Assembly (NCBI GenBank): GCA_030587475.2
Contig: JAUQYZ020000220.1
Span: forward strand, 1-16,685
Direction: 5' to 3'
Origin: Candidatus Sigynarchaeum calidifontis
Lineage (GTDB): Archaea > Asgardarchaeota > Lokiarchaeia > Sigyniarchaeales > Sigyniarchaeaceae
DNA length: 16,685 nt
Shown here: in pieces, positions 14,046-16,685 of the stretch
How positions within the stretch are numbered: the stretch's first letter is position 1
Layout: each line of letters opens with the position of its first letter
The notes under the pieces: model-generated
The model's input: only the letters and a program-made list of their open reading frames with translations
The model's database searches: none
Told to the model about the DNA's origin: nothing
Position numbers and translations under genes: made by a program

Positions 14046-16016
14046 ATGAACGAAGATCAGGCGAGAACCACGAAATTTTTTCCATTTGCGCATGCCCTCC
14101 GGCACGGAATGTTCGTGCTGGTCATTTTCGGCGGCTTATTGACGGGACTTGGCATCTATTTCAATATTGGACAAGCAAGATATGCCACGATCTTGTACCA
14201 CTACAACGCGGAATACCGTGCGGGTAATCAAGCAGTCGAGGATGCGATCATCAACGTTGCGATCCCGGAACTCATCAAGATGTACGATCGCCACCCGGAT
14301 TGGCCTTGGACGCTTGAGCTGCAAGCATGGGCCATCGTAAACATGTCATTGACCAACAACGGCACCATCTTCAACATGTTAAAGAACCAGATCAACCGGG
14401 GGCAGTGCGAGCTCATCACGCCACTTTGGTCCTACCAGATGCTCACCGCGTTCACGCTGGACGACGTTAACATCTCGCTCGCGCTCACGCGAGAGACTTT
14501 ATCAGGATTGGGCATAAGCCGGTTCCCGCGGGTTTGCTTTTTCCAGGAAAGTCAAGCCTTTCCTGGCTTTGGCAATGCGATTTTCAAGCATTATGGATTC
14601 GATACGTGCATGGTCGGCACGCACGTCCTTGCACTGCATGGTATCGAGCCGGTGCACCCCCTATTCATCCAACGGTTGTGGAATGACCCGTCGACGGACT
14701 TTTTCTATTTGCCTTATAATTGGGTGCCAGAGACGGTCCAAGATGGATTCCATTTCTGGACATTCTTGGCGACGGGCGAGACCGTAACTGGACGTAACGT
14801 GCTCACCAGCCAGGGAACGGGGCAAGGGGAGGAAGCCTACCTTCCTGCGCCCGAGCTCATCGCCGCCCACGAGCTTCGCCTGGACCTGATGCGAAAGTCA
14901 GGCTACCGGATGATGACCATCAGCGATTACATAACGACCCTGGTAAACCGGCATGAATATGCAATGCTCGGCCGATTCGTGCCTGAAACGACCTGGCGCG
15001 ACATGCCGGGATTCGGCATCAACCGCGAAGATTCCAACGGACTCTGGAAATGGATGGCGCACAACACGGCCAAGGGTAACGCGACGAACTACAACGACGA
15101 TGGCAGCCAGCTCGCTGACACGTGGCGCACGGGTATAATCTTGAAAGCCACGCGAACGCTCTTGCTGGCAAATTGGAACAACTTGGTGGGAACGAGGGAA
15201 ACTTTAAACGCAACCCTCACAAACGCCTATAAATTTTACTTCCGTGCGCAAGGTACCGACGCGTATGGCTGGGAACCAAGCTGGATCGTGAAAAACGTGC
15301 TTCACGAGACGGATTACTCGCGCAGGAACAACCACGAGGCGCGACTCCTCGCGCTGCAAGTATTACAATCGATCAACAGCACGTTAGCCCTCGGTAATCT
15401 CGTCCAGATCTACACGGAAAACATGACCGTCGGCGCGGGAACTGCCGCGTTCTCGCAACTCCCCGCATCCTTTATAAACGAGACCCGGATCCTAACCGGT
15501 CTCGGGTTAAACGACTTGCCTCTTGAAATGAGCCTTGGACTCGAAGGAAACACGTCAGCCCCCACCGTGACCGTGTACAATTGCACGTGGGGCGGTTTCA
15601 CCTATCAAACCGTCGATATCGACATCCCCACCATAACTGCTTCCCGTCTGAAATTGGCCAGTTCGTACCCCCTCTGGTATTGCCCGACGTTCTACGAGGA
15701 CCGTGCCATGCAATTCTCGTTCTACGGGGAGGAACCATTTGCTCTACCGATTGCCAATGGCCTGGTTTTCCTGGGATCTGAAACAAGTGGCATAGCCATC
15801 ATCAAGAATAACTCCGCGAGGCACGTCGCGCTCCTTGCTGATCGCGATTGGATCGGCTATTACGAGGAGACCGACGAAGATGATCCATATCCCGTCAAGA
15901 ACGTGCATTATTCCTTCGTTATTTATCAGGGCACGCTGGAAACGGCGAATGCCTTGGCAAATTTCATCAACACGCGTCCATATGTCAAGATCGACATGAA
16001 CGGGGGGTGGGCATGA
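14046..16016 (+). CDS. Membrane-anchored/secreted divergent GH57-like protein, 656 aa
   Basis: N-terminal TM (MFVLVIFGGLLTGLGIYF). GH57-like regions HYNAEY, GQCELITPLWSY, FFQESQ and AQGTDAYGWEP. 11 N-x-S/T sequons. Confidence 0.7.
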   Translation: MNEDQARTTKFFPFAHALRHGMFVLVIFGGLLTGLGIYFNIGQARYATILYHYNAEYRAGNQAVEDAIINVAIPELIKMYDRHPDWPWTLELQAWAIVNMSLTNNGTIFNMLKNQINRGQCELITPLWSYQMLTAFTLDDVNISLALTRETLSGLGISRFPRVCFFQESQAFPGFGNAIFKHYGFDTCMVGTHVLALHGIEPVHPLFIQRLWNDPSTDFFYLPYNWVPETVQDGFHFWTFLATGETVTGRNVLTSQGTGQGEEAYLPAPELIAAHELRLDLMRKSGYRMMTISDYITTLVNRHEYAMLGRFVPETTWRDMPGFGINREDSNGLWKWMAHNTAKGNATNYNDDGSQLADTWRTGIILKATRTLLLANWNNLVGTRETLNATLTNAYKFYFRAQGTDAYGWEPSWIVKNVLHETDYSRRNNHEARLLALQVLQSINSTLALGNLVQIYTENMTVGAGTAAFSQLPASFINETRILTGLGLNDLPLEMSLGLEGNTSAPTVTVYNCTWGGFTYQTVDIDIPTITASRLKLASSYPLWYCPTFYEDRAMQFSFYGEEPFALPIANGLVFLGSETSGIAIIKNNSARHVALLADRDWIGYYEETDEDDPYPVKNVHYSFVIYQGTLETANALANFINTRPYVKIDMNGGWA

Positions 16017-16685
16017 TGAGTAGGTCCAAACCATCAATCTCCCCGATGCGTGACGAGATCGCAAACCTTTCGGGGATGTCCGCGTGGTGCAACTTGATCG
16101 GGGGTTTCTTCTTGATACTGATCTGGGCAGCATTCGAATATGTCGACGAAGTGATGATATACATGTACTATGCCGCCCCGCTCATCACGCCCACGACGAC
16201 CCGAGTGATGCTCGTCCTTGGTATTTTATGCCTGGGCGATTTCGTGCTTGATTGCATCGTGTGGAGCCGGGCGATCACGAACAAGTCCCTCCCCAAGGTT
16301 TTACTCGCGGCCTCCGCGCTCCCGTGCATCATTTTTCCTCCTGTTGGCACGTTTTTCGGCATTATCAAGATCTCCCTCGCGCGAAAACTCAGCCCGGAAC
16401 TCGATAAGGTAGAGCCATTGATTGATACCGCCGGGATCAAGCAGTTGTTGCTGCTTAACGCGTTGTGTGCCATGTTTTCATGCGCATTCATCGTGCTCTT
16501 CATCCCCGCATTCTACATCCTCCCGCTGGAATTCATCAATGACGAGGAGTTGTTCTGGCTCAGACTCAACATCTACAATTTGGAGGGGATCGTGGTGGCT
16601 ATATACGCTGCCCTCGTCGCGATCATCGCAATATCGGCAGTCCTGGTCATAAAGCAGAAGCCAGGTGGCCGGAAATCCACGTGGA
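16013..16685 (+). CDS. Polytopic membrane protein, partial (runs off window; not in ORF track)
   Basis: ATG 16013 overlaps the upstream TGA (ATGA coupling). Open for 224 codons: MMSRSKPSISPMRDEIANLSGMSAWCNLIGGFFLILIWAAF...PCIIFPPVGTFFGII...; at least 5 hydrophobic segments. Confidence 0.85.
   Translation, partial: MMSRSKPSISPMRDEIANLSGMSAWCNLIGGFFLILIWAAFEYVDEVMIYMYYAAPLITPTTTRVMLVLGILCLGDFVLDCIVWSRAITNKSLPKVLLAASALPCIIFPPVGTFFGIIKISLARKLSPELDKVEPLIDTAGIKQLLLLNALCAMFSCAFIVLFIPAFYILPLEFINDEELFWLRLNIYNLEGIVVAIYAALVAIIAISAVLVIKQKPGGRKSTW

Noticed and set aside
1-16685. CRISPR array, tRNA/rRNA genes, transposase/integrase, Sec/Pyl read-through
   Set aside because: No regularly spaced repeats, cloverleaf, recombinase motifs or interrupted conserved reading frames were seen.

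Overview
Archaeal chromosomal window, most consistent with an Asgard (Lokiarchaeia-like) genome. This is inferred from TATA boxes about 25-30 nt before leaderless starts, oligo-T terminators, a CxxH-C6 RING-like protein and the gene content. Recognisable genes: an acyl-CoA ligase (partial), a polytopic membrane wHTH regulator, a divergent MfnD-like ATP-grasp / HisA-HisF-related pair, a MaoC hydratase, a RING-like Zn protein, an orphan corrinoid protein, an Fe-S protein, a divergent CTP-dependent lipid kinase / PlsC pair, a SpoU methyltransferase, and a membrane-anchored divergent GH57 protein coupled to a polytopic membrane protein (partial). The most interesting signals are missing from the ORF track. 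(i) A ~250-nt multi-hairpin candidate ncRNA (8580-8837) behind tandem promoters with TTGCGAA boxes. (ii) A double-K-turn C/D-box-like sRNA with covarying non-canonical boxes (6513-6584), whose D guide fits the 23S rRNA peptidyl-transferase region. (iii) A 59-aa AbrB-like protein with phased upstream repeats. (iv) A 58-aa ORF carrying a clamp-binding-like QLTLF motif. All structures were paired by eye; no searches or folding programs were run.
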